Shown: piece by piece, positions 34,390 to 43,603 of the stretch
How the letters are laid out: every line of letters starts with the position of its first letter
Numbering within the stretch: position 1 is the stretch's first letter
Assembly: GCA_963668695.2 (NCBI GenBank)
Contig: CAXXLQ010000004.1
Span: 672,001-736,000, forward strand
Source of the DNA: Vicinamibacteria bacterium
GTDB lineage: Bacteria > Acidobacteriota > Vicinamibacteria > Marinacidobacterales > Marinacidobacteraceae
Length of the DNA: 64,000 nt
Direction: 5' to 3'
Translations under genes and position numbers: made by a program
Notes under the pieces: generated by a model
What the model was told of the DNA's origin: nothing
The model's input: only the letters and a program-made list of their open reading frames with translations
Databases searched by the model: none

Positions 34390-35615
34390 CCGGGGGGCGC
34401 CGCCGTCTCAAGGGTCGGCCCCCGGGGGTCCAGGCGCACCAGAGCCTTCGCGGCCAACCCCTCGCCCCTCCCGGTGAAGCCCATTCCGTCGGTGGTTGTC
34501 GCCTTGAGGCCTACGGCGCTTGGGGGGATGCCGAGCAGGAGGCCCAGGCGGCGACGCATCTCGTCGATTCGCGGGGCGAGCCGCGGTTGCTCGGCGACAA
34601 TGGTGAGATCAACCTGACCGGGCGCATAGCCGGCGCTAGCCGCAAACTCGAGAGCCCGCTTCACGAACACTTCGCTCGCTGCCCCGCGAAGCGCGGGGTC
34701 GGAAGACGGAAACAGCGCTCCGATGTCAGGCGCAGCAACGGCGCCGAGGATGGCGTCGGCCAGGGCGTGGAGGACTGCGTCCCCGTCGGAATGTCCTTCC
34801 AGCGCGACAACCCCCGGGAAAAGGATGCCTCCCAACCGGAGCGTCCCGCTGGTTCCAAACCGGTGAGCATCGAAACCAAAACCGATCCTCGGCATTCCAA
34901 TGCCCCCGCCCAGCAGGGTGCGGGCGACCTCAAGATCGATCGGACGGGTCACTTTCAGGTTCCGCGGACTCCCCGCAACGACCCGAACCGGATGGCCGGA
35001 GGAGCGCACCGCCGACGCCTCGTCCGTTCCGGATTCGCCCTCTGCCGCCGCCCGGAGGAGCGCGTCCCTGAGCAGGCTCCGCCGGAAACACTGTGGCGTC
35101 TGGACAGCGACAGTGTGCTCCCGATCCACGAGGCTATCCGCAGTTCCGCCGGCGCCCACGCGCCACAGAGTGTCCGACGGACGGCATCCGGGGATCGCGG
35201 CGCCATGGCGGTGCGCGGCCTTGATGACCTCTTCGACCAGAGACGGCGGTGGCGTCGGCCTCGCCCCGTCGTGGACGGCCACCAGATCCGCAAACCGACC
35301 CTCTTCCCGTTGGAACCGTTCGTCGAGCGCGTCGAGTCCGCGCGATGTCGATTCCTGGCGGGTGCCACCCCCGGGACAGAAGGAGACCCGGTTGCCCTCT
35401 TGATCGAAGAACGGACGCAATTCCGCTTGCCAGGAATCGAAACCCAGCGCCGGGAGGACGAGCACCAGACGTGTCACGGATTCCGAAGCGAGGACCGCGC
35501 GGACTGAATGGACGACCAGGGGAAGGCCAAGGACCGGCTGGAACTGTTTCGGGATCTCCCCCGAGCCGAACCGCGTCCCGGAACCGGCTGCTACGACGAC
35601 CGCGCCAACCCGCAT
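34386..35615 (-). CDS. ispDF: Bifunctional IspD/IspF (MEP pathway)
   Basis: AAGSGTRF..PKQF, VHDGARP, QTPQ, then RIGFGFDAH, GHSDGD..LHALADA, KATTTD; start ATG 35615. Confidence 0.95.
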   Translation of the reverse strand: MRVGAVVVAAGSGTRFGSGEIPKQFQPVLGLPLVVHSVRAVLASESVTRLVLVLPALGFDSWQAELRPFFDQEGNRVSFCPGGGTRQESTSRGLDALDERFQREEGRFADLVAVHDGARPTPPPSLVEEVIKAAHRHGAAIPGCRPSDTLWRVGAGGTADSLVDREHTVAVQTPQCFRRSLLRDALLRAAAEGESGTDEASAVRSSGHPVRVVAGSPRNLKVTRPIDLEVARTLLGGGIGMPRIGFGFDAHRFGTSGTLRLGGILFPGVVALEGHSDGDAVLHALADAILGAVAAPDIGALFPSSDPALRGAASEVFVKRALEFAASAGYAPGQVDLTIVAEQPRLAPRIDEMRRRLGLLLGIPPSAVGLKATTTDGMGFTGRGEGLAAKALVRLDPRGPTLETAAPPG

Positions 35616-35631
35616 GGTGGGGGACCTCCCG

Positions 35632-37011
35632 CTAGGCAATCGCGGCGAGCGCCTCGTCCAGGGCCTCGACCGCAACGAGCTGCATTTCCGCCGGCCGTTC
35701 GGCAGTACGAAGACCTCTCGGATTCATCACCGCACGGCAGTATCCGAGCCGCGCCGCCTCCCGCAACCGGATCCCCGCCTGGTGGACGGGTCGCACCTCT
35801 CCGGAAAGGCCGACTTCACCCAGAAAAACGATTCCCCGAGGGAGGGGGGTTCCCCGCCGCCGGGAAACCAACGCCGCGAGGAGACCCAGATCGGCGGCCG
35901 GCTCGCTCACCGTGAGACCACCGGTAACCGACACATAGACATCACTGCGGAGAAGTCCCCCCCCGCCACTCCTCTCCAAAACGGCCAGTAGCACGGCAAG
36001 ACGCCCTCCGTCGAACCCAACCGGAACCCGTCGGGGATAAGCAAGGGGGCTCTCGGCGAGCAACACCTGGATCTCGGCGAGGAGAGGCCTCGTTCCCTCC
36101 AGCGTGCACACCACCGCCGACCCCGGCTTGGGAGCGCCTCCCGTCAGGAACAGCTCCGAGGGATTCTTGACCGGCACCAGGCCCTGCCCCGTCATGTCGA
36201 ACACACCGAGCTCGCCGGCCGCGCCGAAACGGTTCTTCACCGCGCGCAGCAGCCGGTGGGGCTGCCTCCGGTCCCCTTCGAAGTGCAGCACGGTATCCAC
36301 CATGTGTTCGAGAGTGCGGGGCCCCGCGATAGCCCCATCCTTGTTGACATGACCGATGATGAACACGGGAACCCGCGTGGCCTTGGCGTACAGCACGAGC
36401 GACGCAGCCGACTCCCGGACCTGGGTGACCGTCCCCGGGGCGCCGCTGATCTCGGGCGAGTGGACGCACTGCACCGAATCGAGCACCAGCAGCCGCGGTT
36501 GGACGGACTGCGCCGCTTCGAGGATCCGCGGCATGCTCGTCTCCGAAAAGAGAAGGAGCGATTCCGGCCGGATGCCCAGGCGCTCGCCGCGCAGCTTGAG
36601 TTGGTGCTCGGATTCCTCTCCACTCACGTACAGCACGGGTTCTCCGGAAGCGGCGGCGGCAGCGGCCAACTGCAGCAAGAGGGTGCTCTTTCCGGCGCCT
36701 GGCTCTCCAGCGACCAGCACCGCGGAGCCGGGCACCACCCCGCCACCCAGAACGCGGTCGAGTTCCGGGATACCGAGCGGACGCCGGGGCGCCGCCGCGG
36801 TGTCTACATCGTTCCAGGCGACCGGCTTCGAGGCGCCCCCGCCGGCCGCCGCGACAAACCCGCGCCAGCGTCCCGCCGCCGCATCCGCCTGCGGCACCTC
36901 GTGTTCGACGAGCGGAGTCTGCGCGGAACAGGACGGGCAGTACCCCATCCAACGGGAGTAGTCCTGCCCGCACTCCACACAGGCGAAGCGAACGCCGGAC
37001 CGCTTTGCCAC
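35632..37011 (-). CDS. radA: DNA repair protein RadA/Sms
   Basis: CVECG..W.G.CPSC, GEPGAGKSTLL, KNRFG, GEVGLSGEVR; start GTG 37011. Confidence 0.97.
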   Translation of the reverse strand: MAKRSGVRFACVECGQDYSRWMGYCPSCSAQTPLVEHEVPQADAAAGRWRGFVAAAGGGASKPVAWNDVDTAAAPRRPLGIPELDRVLGGGVVPGSAVLVAGEPGAGKSTLLLQLAAAAAASGEPVLYVSGEESEHQLKLRGERLGIRPESLLLFSETSMPRILEAAQSVQPRLLVLDSVQCVHSPEISGAPGTVTQVRESAASLVLYAKATRVPVFIIGHVNKDGAIAGPRTLEHMVDTVLHFEGDRRQPHRLLRAVKNRFGAAGELGVFDMTGQGLVPVKNPSELFLTGGAPKPGSAVVCTLEGTRPLLAEIQVLLAESPLAYPRRVPVGFDGGRLAVLLAVLERSGGGGLLRSDVYVSVTGGLTVSEPAADLGLLAALVSRRRGTPLPRGIVFLGEVGLSGEVRPVHQAGIRLREAARLGYCRAVMNPRGLRTAERPAEMQLVAVEALDEALAAIA

Positions 37012-37015
37012 CAGC

Positions 37016-38416
37016 TCAGAAACCCAGATCCTCACCCGGGTTGGGGTAGTCGATGTCCCGGCCCGCCTCTTCATCGGCCAGATTCTCGAACCTCGTGTAG
37101 CGATCAAGCCAGGCGAGCTTGATGTTCCCGACCGGACCGTTGCGGTTCTTCGCGACGATGACCCGGCGTACCGGAGGAGAGGGCGCGTCGACATCGTCCA
37201 CCCCTTCCTTTTTCTTCTGCCACTCCCGGTGGATGAAGATCACGATGTCCGCGTCCTGCTCGAGAGCGCCCGATTCACGCAAGTCGGAAAGCCGCGGCAC
37301 GGTGGAAGCCCCGGTGCGTTGCTCCGGCGCTCGACTGAGCTGAGAGAGCGCCAGAACCGGAACATCGAGTTCCTTGGCCAGTAGTTTGAAAGACCGGCTG
37401 ATCTCGGCGATCTCCAGATTGCGGTTCTCGAAGCGCCGCGTTCCGGGCTCCGACCCACGCATGAGTTGCAGATAGTCGATCACGATCAGATCGAGCCCAT
37501 GCTCGCGACTGAGCTGACGCGCCTTCGAACGAAGTTCGACAGGCGTAACGTTCGAATCGTCCACGTAGATCGGCATGCGGGCGACAACGGGAAGCGTGGT
37601 CTGGATGAGTCTGCGATCCCTTTCACTGAGCATTCCGGGGCGTGACAACTGCCGAGCGTCCACCCGTGCCTGGGAAAAGAGAAGCCGCGCGGCAATCTGC
37701 CGGAGGGGCATCTCGAGACTGAAAATCAGAACCCGCTTGCCGGCGTGACCGGCAGCCAGGGCGATGTTCAGAGCAAGACTGGTCTTGCCCTCACCGGGTC
37801 GGGCTCCGACCAGGATCAGGTCCGACTTCCGCAGGCCGCCCATGAGGTCATCGAGGTCCTGAAACCCGGTGCGGATGCCTGAGAACCCTTCGCGTTTCCT
37901 GGAGGACTCTTCGGCGAGGCGGCCCAGATCCTCGGTGAGCCGCACCGGACCGGATGCGAAGGATCCCTCCGCGATCGCAAAGAGATCCTGCTCGGCAGCG
38001 GCGAGAATTTCCTGTGGGCGGTTCCGAACGGCCTCGCTCGCGATGCGGCTGCCGAACTGATGAAGTTCGCGGCTGAGCGAGTGCTCGCGCACCAGCCTGG
38101 CGTAATCCGCAGCGTTCGAGGAGCGCGCCACCCCATCGACCAGTTCGCTGAGGTACCCGCCGCCGCCGGCCACCTCCAGCCTCCCAGTCCGCTCGAGTTC
38201 CGCGCGCACGGTGAGCAGATCGATCTTCCGGACCTCGGGGGCGTCGTCGAGCAGACAGAAAACCTCGAAGATCCGCTGGTGGCGGCCATCGTGGAAGTCC
38301 TTGGATTTCAGGATCTCGCGAACGGCGTCGAGCTGGCGTCGATCCACCAGCACCGCGGCGAGGACAGCCCGTTCGGCCGCCGCATCCTGGGGGAGGCGCA
38401 CGGCTTCGTCCGGCAC
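37016..38416 (-). CDS. dnaB: Replicative DNA helicase DnaB (no intein)
   Basis: ARPGEGKT, FSLEM, IDYLQL, LSQLSR, SDLRESGALEQDAD, AKNRNGP. Confidence 0.97.
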   Translation of the reverse strand: MPDEAVRLPQDAAAERAVLAAVLVDRRQLDAVREILKSKDFHDGRHQRIFEVFCLLDDAPEVRKIDLLTVRAELERTGRLEVAGGGGYLSELVDGVARSSNAADYARLVREHSLSRELHQFGSRIASEAVRNRPQEILAAAEQDLFAIAEGSFASGPVRLTEDLGRLAEESSRKREGFSGIRTGFQDLDDLMGGLRKSDLILVGARPGEGKTSLALNIALAAGHAGKRVLIFSLEMPLRQIAARLLFSQARVDARQLSRPGMLSERDRRLIQTTLPVVARMPIYVDDSNVTPVELRSKARQLSREHGLDLIVIDYLQLMRGSEPGTRRFENRNLEIAEISRSFKLLAKELDVPVLALSQLSRAPEQRTGASTVPRLSDLRESGALEQDADIVIFIHREWQKKKEGVDDVDAPSPPVRRVIVAKNRNGPVGNIKLAWLDRYTRFENLADEEAGRDIDYPNPGEDLGF

Positions 38417-38479
38417 GGCCAGACGCCTCGCTACAACTTTTCCCCGAAGGGAGCGGGGTTCACAGGCTGCTCGGCGCGG

Positions 38480-39064
38480 TCAGTCCTCCGAGTCGTCCGC
38501 TTCCTCGGAGGACACCCCGGAGACAGCCTCATCCTCGCCGGATTCGGCAGCGTCAACGCGACTGGCTGATACCTCTGTCGGGATTTCCGGCAGCGGTTCC
38601 ACCCCGAGGGACCCGGCGGCGACCGGAAAAACCTCGATCGGAAGGTCCACCTCGACTTCGCTGTGAAGCCGGATGACGGCCGCGCTCGGGCCTGCGACCT
38701 TGATCTGGCCGCCGAGTATGATGCGGTTGCGGGCGATCTGGAACCCGTTCTCCGCAAGCTGTCGGGCTATGTCCTGAACCGAAACCGAGCCGTAGAGCTC
38801 ATTCGAATCCGTTTTCACCCGACGTTCGAATCGGAGGGTCTGGCCCTCGAGAGTGCGGGCGAGGGCCTCGGCCGCGTCTCGCTCCTTGACCCTCTCCACG
38901 GTCCACACCTTTCGGGCTTCGACCACCTCTTGGCGGTTTTCTTCGGTGATCGGAATCGCGATCCGCCGGGGAAGCAGATAGTTGCGAGCATAGCCCGGGC
39001 GGACGTTTACTTCGTCGCCCGGTTCACCCAGGGAATCTACGGGCTGTCTCAACAGGAGGCGCAT
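38480..39064 (-). CDS. rplI: 50S ribosomal protein L9 with acidic C-terminal tail
   Basis: LG..GD.V.V.PGYARNYLLP, LYGSVS..DI. Confidence 0.96.
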   Translation of the reverse strand: MRLLLRQPVDSLGEPGDEVNVRPGYARNYLLPRRIAIPITEENRQEVVEARKVWTVERVKERDAAEALARTLEGQTLRFERRVKTDSNELYGSVSVQDIARQLAENGFQIARNRIILGGQIKVAGPSAAVIRLHSEVEVDLPIEVFPVAAGSLGVEPLPEIPTEVSASRVDAAESGEDEAVSGVSSEEADDSED

Positions 39065-39087
39065 GGGACTCTTCCCCGTCGGTGGCG

Positions 39088-39333
39088 CTATGCGTAGGGC
39101 AGGAGCGCCATCTGCCGGGCCCGCTTGATGGCGACCCGGATCTGACGCTGTGCTCGGGCGCTCGCCCGCGATACGCGGCGAGGCGCAATCTTGGCGCGAT
39201 CACCGAGGAACTCGCGAAGAAAATCCACGTCCTTCCAGTCCACCCGGTCTACGCCATTCAACACTGGGTTGACCCTCACCCGCCGTACGGTCGGCCGACC
39301 TCGGCGGTTAGGGGTCGCAAGTCTGTCGCTCAT
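39088..39333 (-). CDS. rpsR: 30S ribosomal protein S18 (Cys-free type)
   Basis: VDWKDV..L..FL..RAKI.PRR...QR....AIKRAR.MALLPY. Confidence 0.95.
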   Translation of the reverse strand: MSDRLATPNRRGRPTVRRVRVNPVLNGVDRVDWKDVDFLREFLGDRAKIAPRRVSRASARAQRQIRVAIKRARQMALLPYA

Positions 39334-40288
39334 GAAGTCTTCTCCTTGTCATTTCGAGTGGACCCGTCCCAAGTGGACCGGTCAGAGGACCGATCAGAGG
39401 GCCGGTCAGAGGACCGATCAGAGGGCCGGTCAGAGGACCGATCAGAGGACCGGTCAGAGGACCGGTCAGAGGGCCGGTCAGAGGACCGATCAGAGGACCG
39501 GTCAGAGGACCGATCAGAGGACCGATCAGAGGACCGGTCAGAGGACCGGTCAGAGGACCGGTCAGAGGACCGATCAGAGGACCGGTCAGAGGACCGGTCA
39601 GAGGACCGGTCAGAGGACCGGTCAGAGGACCGATCAGAGGACCGATCAGAGGACCGGTCAGAGGACCGATCAGAGGACCGATCAGAGGACCGATCAGAGG
39701 ACCGATCAGAGGACCGATCAGAGGACCGATCAGAGGACCGATCAGAGGACCGATCAGAGGACCGGTCAGAGACCGGTCCTCTGACCTCGCGCGTCGGGCT
39801 CGCTCGGGATCTTTTTCGCCGGCCTCCCCAGCCGCTTCCCTACTGGCCCTGGCGGCGGCCTCGGCTGCGGCCTCGACGGCGCGGGCGGCCCGTTCCTCGC
39901 GTCGGCGAAGGTCCGCCGCCTGGTCACGCTCGCGGCTCTCCTTGTCCGTCCGCAGCACGATAAACCGCAAGACGCCTTCAGCAAGGCGAACGCGACTCTC
40001 GATACCCCTGATGGAAGCTGGAGGCGCATCGAAATAGCAAAGGATGTAGAGGCCTTCGTGGTGCCCGGCGATGGGATACGCAAGCCGTCGCCGCTCCCAC
40101 GGCTTCAGGCTCGCGATCTCGCCGCCTTGCCCCTTGACGATTCCCTCCACGCGCTCGACCACCGCCAGGGAGGCTGCGTCATCGAGGGTCGGATCCAGAA
40201 TGAACATGAATTCGTATCCGTTCATTAGGGAATCCGCTGGTGGGGGGCCCGCCGGGGCCGTCGTTTGGGGACTCGGCTGTACGCTCAT
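39308..40288 (-). CDS. rpsF: 30S ribosomal protein S6, read in frame through a tandem array
   Basis: [28 protein letters not shown]; no stop until 39308-39310; start 40288 or 40225. Confidence 0.9.
   Translation of the reverse strand: MSVQPSPQTTAPAGPPPADSLMNGYEFMFILDPTLDDAASLAVVERVEGIVKGQGGEIASLKPWERRRLAYPIAGHHEGLYILCYFDAPPASIRGIESRVRLAEGVLRFIVLRTDKESRERDQAADLRRREERAARAVEAAAEAAARASREAAGEAGEKDPERARRARSEDRSLTGPLIGPLIGPLIGPLIGPLIGPLIGPLIGPLIGPLTGPLIGPLIGPLTGPLTGPLTGPLTGPLIGPLTGPLTGPLTGPLIGPLIGPLTGPLIGPLTGPLTGPLTGPLIGPLTGPLIGPLTGPLIGPLTGPLGTGPLEMTRRRLHERQTCDP
39375..39770. repeat. 33 x 12-bp tandem array GG(A/G)CCG(A/G)TCAGA
   Basis: Read directly; encodes (T/I)GPL repeats on the minus strand. 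Confidence 0.97.
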
Positions 40289-40361
40289 TCGAGGCTGTCT
40301 CCAGCGTCACCTGTGACGCCATCCGCAAGGAACTGTGCGGGAATCTGCGGACGGTTGCGCA

Positions 40362-40934
40362 TCATGCAGTCGTCCGGTTGAACCGGTTCATGGCAATCTC
40401 GATCCCCTGCCCGACCGCGGTTTCGATGGCCTGCACCGCACGCTCCAACAGATCTTCCACCGGAGCGGTCTCTTGGGAGGTAAAGCGCGAAAGCACAAAG
40501 TCAGCCGGATCCTCTCCGGCCGGGGGATTTCCGATGCCGAGGCGCATCCTCGGGATCTCGTCCGTTCCGAGAGCGGCGAGAATGGACGCCAGGCCGTTAT
40601 GACCACCGTGGCTCCCACGGCGGCGGGTCCGAATCGCTCCCAACGGGAGCGCGTAGTCATCACACACGATGAGGGTCGTCTCCGGCGACAGGCCTTCGCT
40701 CTGCAACAGGCGCCGCACCGGACCGCCGCTCCGGTTCATGTAGCCCATGGGCCGCAGCAGGCCGATGTCCCGGCCAGCAATCTCGGTCTGGACGAGAAGG
40801 CCGCCGTCCAAGTGGCGAGGCTGCACGGATCGGTCTTGCAGCAGGGCGGCAACGGCGTCGAAGCCGATGTTGTGCCGGGTTCCTTCATAGCGGGCATCCG
40901 GATTGCCGAGTCCCACAATGAGCCGGACCGGCAC
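40362..40934 (-). CDS. pth: Peptidyl-tRNA hydrolase
   Basis: LIVGLGNP..Y..TRHNIGF, YMNRSG, GGHNGL.S; start uncertain. Confidence 0.95.
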   Translation of the reverse strand: MPVRLIVGLGNPDARYEGTRHNIGFDAVAALLQDRSVQPRHLDGGLLVQTEIAGRDIGLLRPMGYMNRSGGPVRRLLQSEGLSPETTLIVCDDYALPLGAIRTRRRGSHGGHNGLASILAALGTDEIPRMRLGIGNPPAGEDPADFVLSRFTSQETAPVEDLLERAVQAIETAVGQGIEIAMNRFNRTTA

Positions 40935-41080
40935 TGCAACGCGAGTCGGAAGTTCGTCCGGTATCCCTTCCCCGGTTTCGCCGGCAACGCTCGAACAAGG
41001 ATCGCTCACAGCAAAAGCCGACCAAGACGCCGGCTGGGAACGGAGACTGGGCAACACGCTGGATCAGAAGGTTCCGCGGA

Positions 41081-41698
41081 TCACTCTTCCGGCGCTTCAG
41101 TCGCGTCTTCGTCTTCCTGCTCGGCCTCGTCGTCAGTTCCCTTCGGCGGGGAGACATGCACGATGACCACGTCCCGTTCCGTCGCGAGGCTGAGTCGTTC
41201 CGGCAAGTCGATGTCCGCAGCCCGCACGGTGTCACCGTAGTCGAACTCGGTGACAGCGAGCGGAAGGAACTCCGGGATGTCGTGCGGCAGGCAACTGACG
41301 ATGAGAAACCTCGTGATGAAGTCAATTTGCCCACCGCGTTTGACACCCTTGGACTCTCCTTCAAGGTGAACGGGGACATGCCAATCCGACGCCTTGTCCA
41401 GATCCACCCGCATCAGGTCCGCATGAAGGACTGAGTGGTCGAGCGGGTGCAGCTGATAGTCGTGAATCATCACCTGCTCCACGTTCTCCTCGCCGTCGAT
41501 CTCCAGCGAGAAGATGGTGTTCACGCCGTGCGGTGAACGAACGATTTCGGTGACGTGACGCGGTGAAACCGCTAGCGCGCGGGCGCTTCCAGCGCCTCCG
41601 TACACGACGGCCGGAATCATCCCGGTCGCCCGAAGGCGGCGATTCGGCCCCTTGCCGACTGCGGTGCGGGAACTCGCGGGAATCGAGAGTTGAGCCAT
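41081..41698 (-). CDS. rplY: 50S ribosomal protein L25 (Ctc-type long form)
   Basis: GKG..RRLR..G.IPAVVYG, Q.HP....LH.DL, GVKRGG; start ATG 41698. Confidence 0.96.
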   Translation of the reverse strand: MAQLSIPASSRTAVGKGPNRRLRATGMIPAVVYGGAGSARALAVSPRHVTEIVRSPHGVNTIFSLEIDGEENVEQVMIHDYQLHPLDHSVLHADLMRVDLDKASDWHVPVHLEGESKGVKRGGQIDFITRFLIVSCLPHDIPEFLPLAVTEFDYGDTVRAADIDLPERLSLATERDVVIVHVSPPKGTDDEAEQEDEDATEAPEE

Positions 41699-41910
41699 GG
41701 AAGTGTGGGTGGGTGTGTGCGTTATGGGCAGCGTTGTGGACTGGGGTGGCCGGCGATCCGGTAACGGGGAGAGGGACGCAGGAAGCGCCGTCCTCAAAAC
41801 CCTTTTCGAAAACCCTTCTCGGTGGGCCGCGGGAGAGTGCGCCTGAGAAGTCTGGTGGATGCCGCCGCGGCGCCATCCACTGCTCACCGGCAATACAGGG
41901 CCGCGAAGTC

Positions 41911-42438
41911 TAGCAGTCCATGGACGAAGTCGCGCGGCGTTCAACCGGCGCTGCATCCCGGCTGAGACGTGCCGCTCTCAGTCGTGGCGCGCAGCGACGC
42001 GGTGAACAGCCGGTGGTGGAACCCGCGTGAGCGCCGAGGCCGGCCAGTTCTCCCGGTGGGGGTCCGGCTGACAAGGCGCGTGAGGGAGGAATACCGGGTG
42101 TATTTCGACCGAAACGCAACGATGAGCGGCGCGAAGCGACGCGGTGAACAGCCGGTGGTGGAACCCGCGTGAGCGCCGAGGCCGGCCAGTTCTCCCGGTG
42201 GGGGCGAGGCCCAGTTCTCCCGGTGGGGGTCCGGCTGACAAGGCGCGTGAGGGAGGAATACCGGGTGTATTTCGACCGAAACGCAACGATGAGCGGCGCG
42301 CAGCGACGCGGTTCAGCCGGGATGGATCGCCGGCCGAGCCCCCACCGGGAGAACTGGGCCGCGTGGGTTTCATCACCGGTTGTTTGGCCGGGATGGATCG
42401 CCGGTCGAACGCCGTGTGGGTTTTGCCACAGGCTGTTG
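41911..42438. mobile_element. Nested cluster of the palindromic element (copies D1-D3) between prs and rplY
   Basis: Inverted 3' arm at 41911-41980; two cores; copy starts at 42004 and 42146; two successive 3' ends at ~42385 and ~42438. Confidence 0.88.
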
Positions 42439-42443
42439 GACCG

Positions 42444-43436
42444 TTAGACGAAGAGCGAGCTGACCGACGCCTCCCCGTGCACGCTCTCGATAGCGCGCGC
42501 GAAGAGCGAAGCAACGGACAGAACTTCGATCTTGGTACTCCTCGCAAGGACCTCCCGGGAGTGCGGAATCGTGTCTCCCACGATGAGCCGCTCGAGTGGG
42601 CCGTCTTCCACCCGCTGAACCGCGGGACCGGAAAGGACGGCGTGCGTGCAGGCCGCGAGCACCCGGATGGCCCCGTCCTCCCGGAGCGCCTCGGCGGCCC
42701 GCACCAGAGTGCCGGCGGAGTCCACGATGTCATCAACCAGCACGGCGGAACGGCCGCGGACATCGCCGACCACGTGGATGGTCTCCACTTCGTTGTCGCT
42801 GCCCCGCCGCTTGTCCATGACGGCAATACCGACTCCGAGCTTTTTGCCGTATGCGCGAGCCCGTTCGACGCCCCCGGCGTCCGGCGAGACCACGATCGGC
42901 CGTTCCAGATCGAGGCTTGGCAGATGTTCCAGCATGACCGGCGTGGCGTACAGGTGATCCACGGGAATGTCGAAGTAACCCTGAATCTGACCGGCATGGA
43001 GATCCATGCAGATCACGCGGTGCACTCCGGCCACGGTGAGCAGGTCGGCCACCAGCTTGGCCGAAATGGGCACCCTCGGACGGTCCTTCCGGTCCTGTCG
43101 CGCGTACCCGTAGTAGGGGATCACCGCATTGATGCGGGCGGCGGATGCCCGCTTCAGCGCGTCCACCATGATGAGCAGTTCCATCAGGTTTTCGTTGACG
43201 GGCGGAGAGGTGGACTGGATCACGAAGACATCCGCGCCACGAACGTTGTCCTTGATCTGGAAGCGGACCTCTCCGTCCCGGAAGCGGCCGAGCGAGACCT
43301 CGCAGAGCGGAACGGCAAGGTGCCGTGCGATCTCGGCAGCCAAACGCGGATTGGACGAGCCCCCGATGACCTTGAGTTCACCGGCGAACCCGTGGGTCCG
43401 GGACTCGTACCGGCGCTCGGTAGTTGACTCGGTCAC
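42444..43436 (-). CDS. prs: Ribose-phosphate pyrophosphokinase
   Basis: F.DGE, PYYGYARQDRK, DLHAGQIQGYF, VSPDAGGV.RA, VDDIVDSAGTL. Confidence 0.97.
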   Translation of the reverse strand: MTESTTERRYESRTHGFAGELKVIGGSSNPRLAAEIARHLAVPLCEVSLGRFRDGEVRFQIKDNVRGADVFVIQSTSPPVNENLMELLIMVDALKRASAARINAVIPYYGYARQDRKDRPRVPISAKLVADLLTVAGVHRVICMDLHAGQIQGYFDIPVDHLYATPVMLEHLPSLDLERPIVVSPDAGGVERARAYGKKLGVGIAVMDKRRGSDNEVETIHVVGDVRGRSAVLVDDIVDSAGTLVRAAEALREDGAIRVLAACTHAVLSGPAVQRVEDGPLERLIVGDTIPHSREVLARSTKIEVLSVASLFARAIESVHGEASVSSLFV

Positions 43437-43531
43437 TTCGCTGGAACGGCGGGCGACCGGCGACCGCCAACACGGAAACGCAAGTGTTGGAAGATCACGG
43501 ACGGATTAACGGCGCACACTGGATCTGAAGG

Positions 43532-43603
43532 CTGGGGCGGAAGGATTCGAACCCTCGTAGACCGGAACCAAAATCCGGCGCCTATCCCCTCGGCCACGCC
43601 CCA
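43532..43603 (-). tRNA. tRNA-Gln(TTG), CCA not encoded
   Basis: TGGGGCG..CCGGA-TTTTGGT-TCCGG..GGTTCGAAT..CGCCCCAG; ispE-tRNA-Gln-prs context. Confidence 0.93.

Noticed and set aside
34386-35615. IspD-IspF fusion as a novelty
   Set aside because: Well-known bifunctional enzyme in many bacterial lineages.
37016-38416. Intein in DnaB, or oriC suggested by DnaA-box-like 9-mers
   Set aside because: DnaB is normal length (466 aa); the DnaA-like boxes are scattered in element ends, with no cluster, AT-rich unwinding region or dnaA gene.
39375-39770. 12-bp array as a CRISPR, or as plus-strand SEDR / QRT(D/G) proteins
   Set aside because: No spacers and no cas genes; the plus-strand ORFs are antisense to rpsF/rpsR and open only because the unit lacks stops in those frames.
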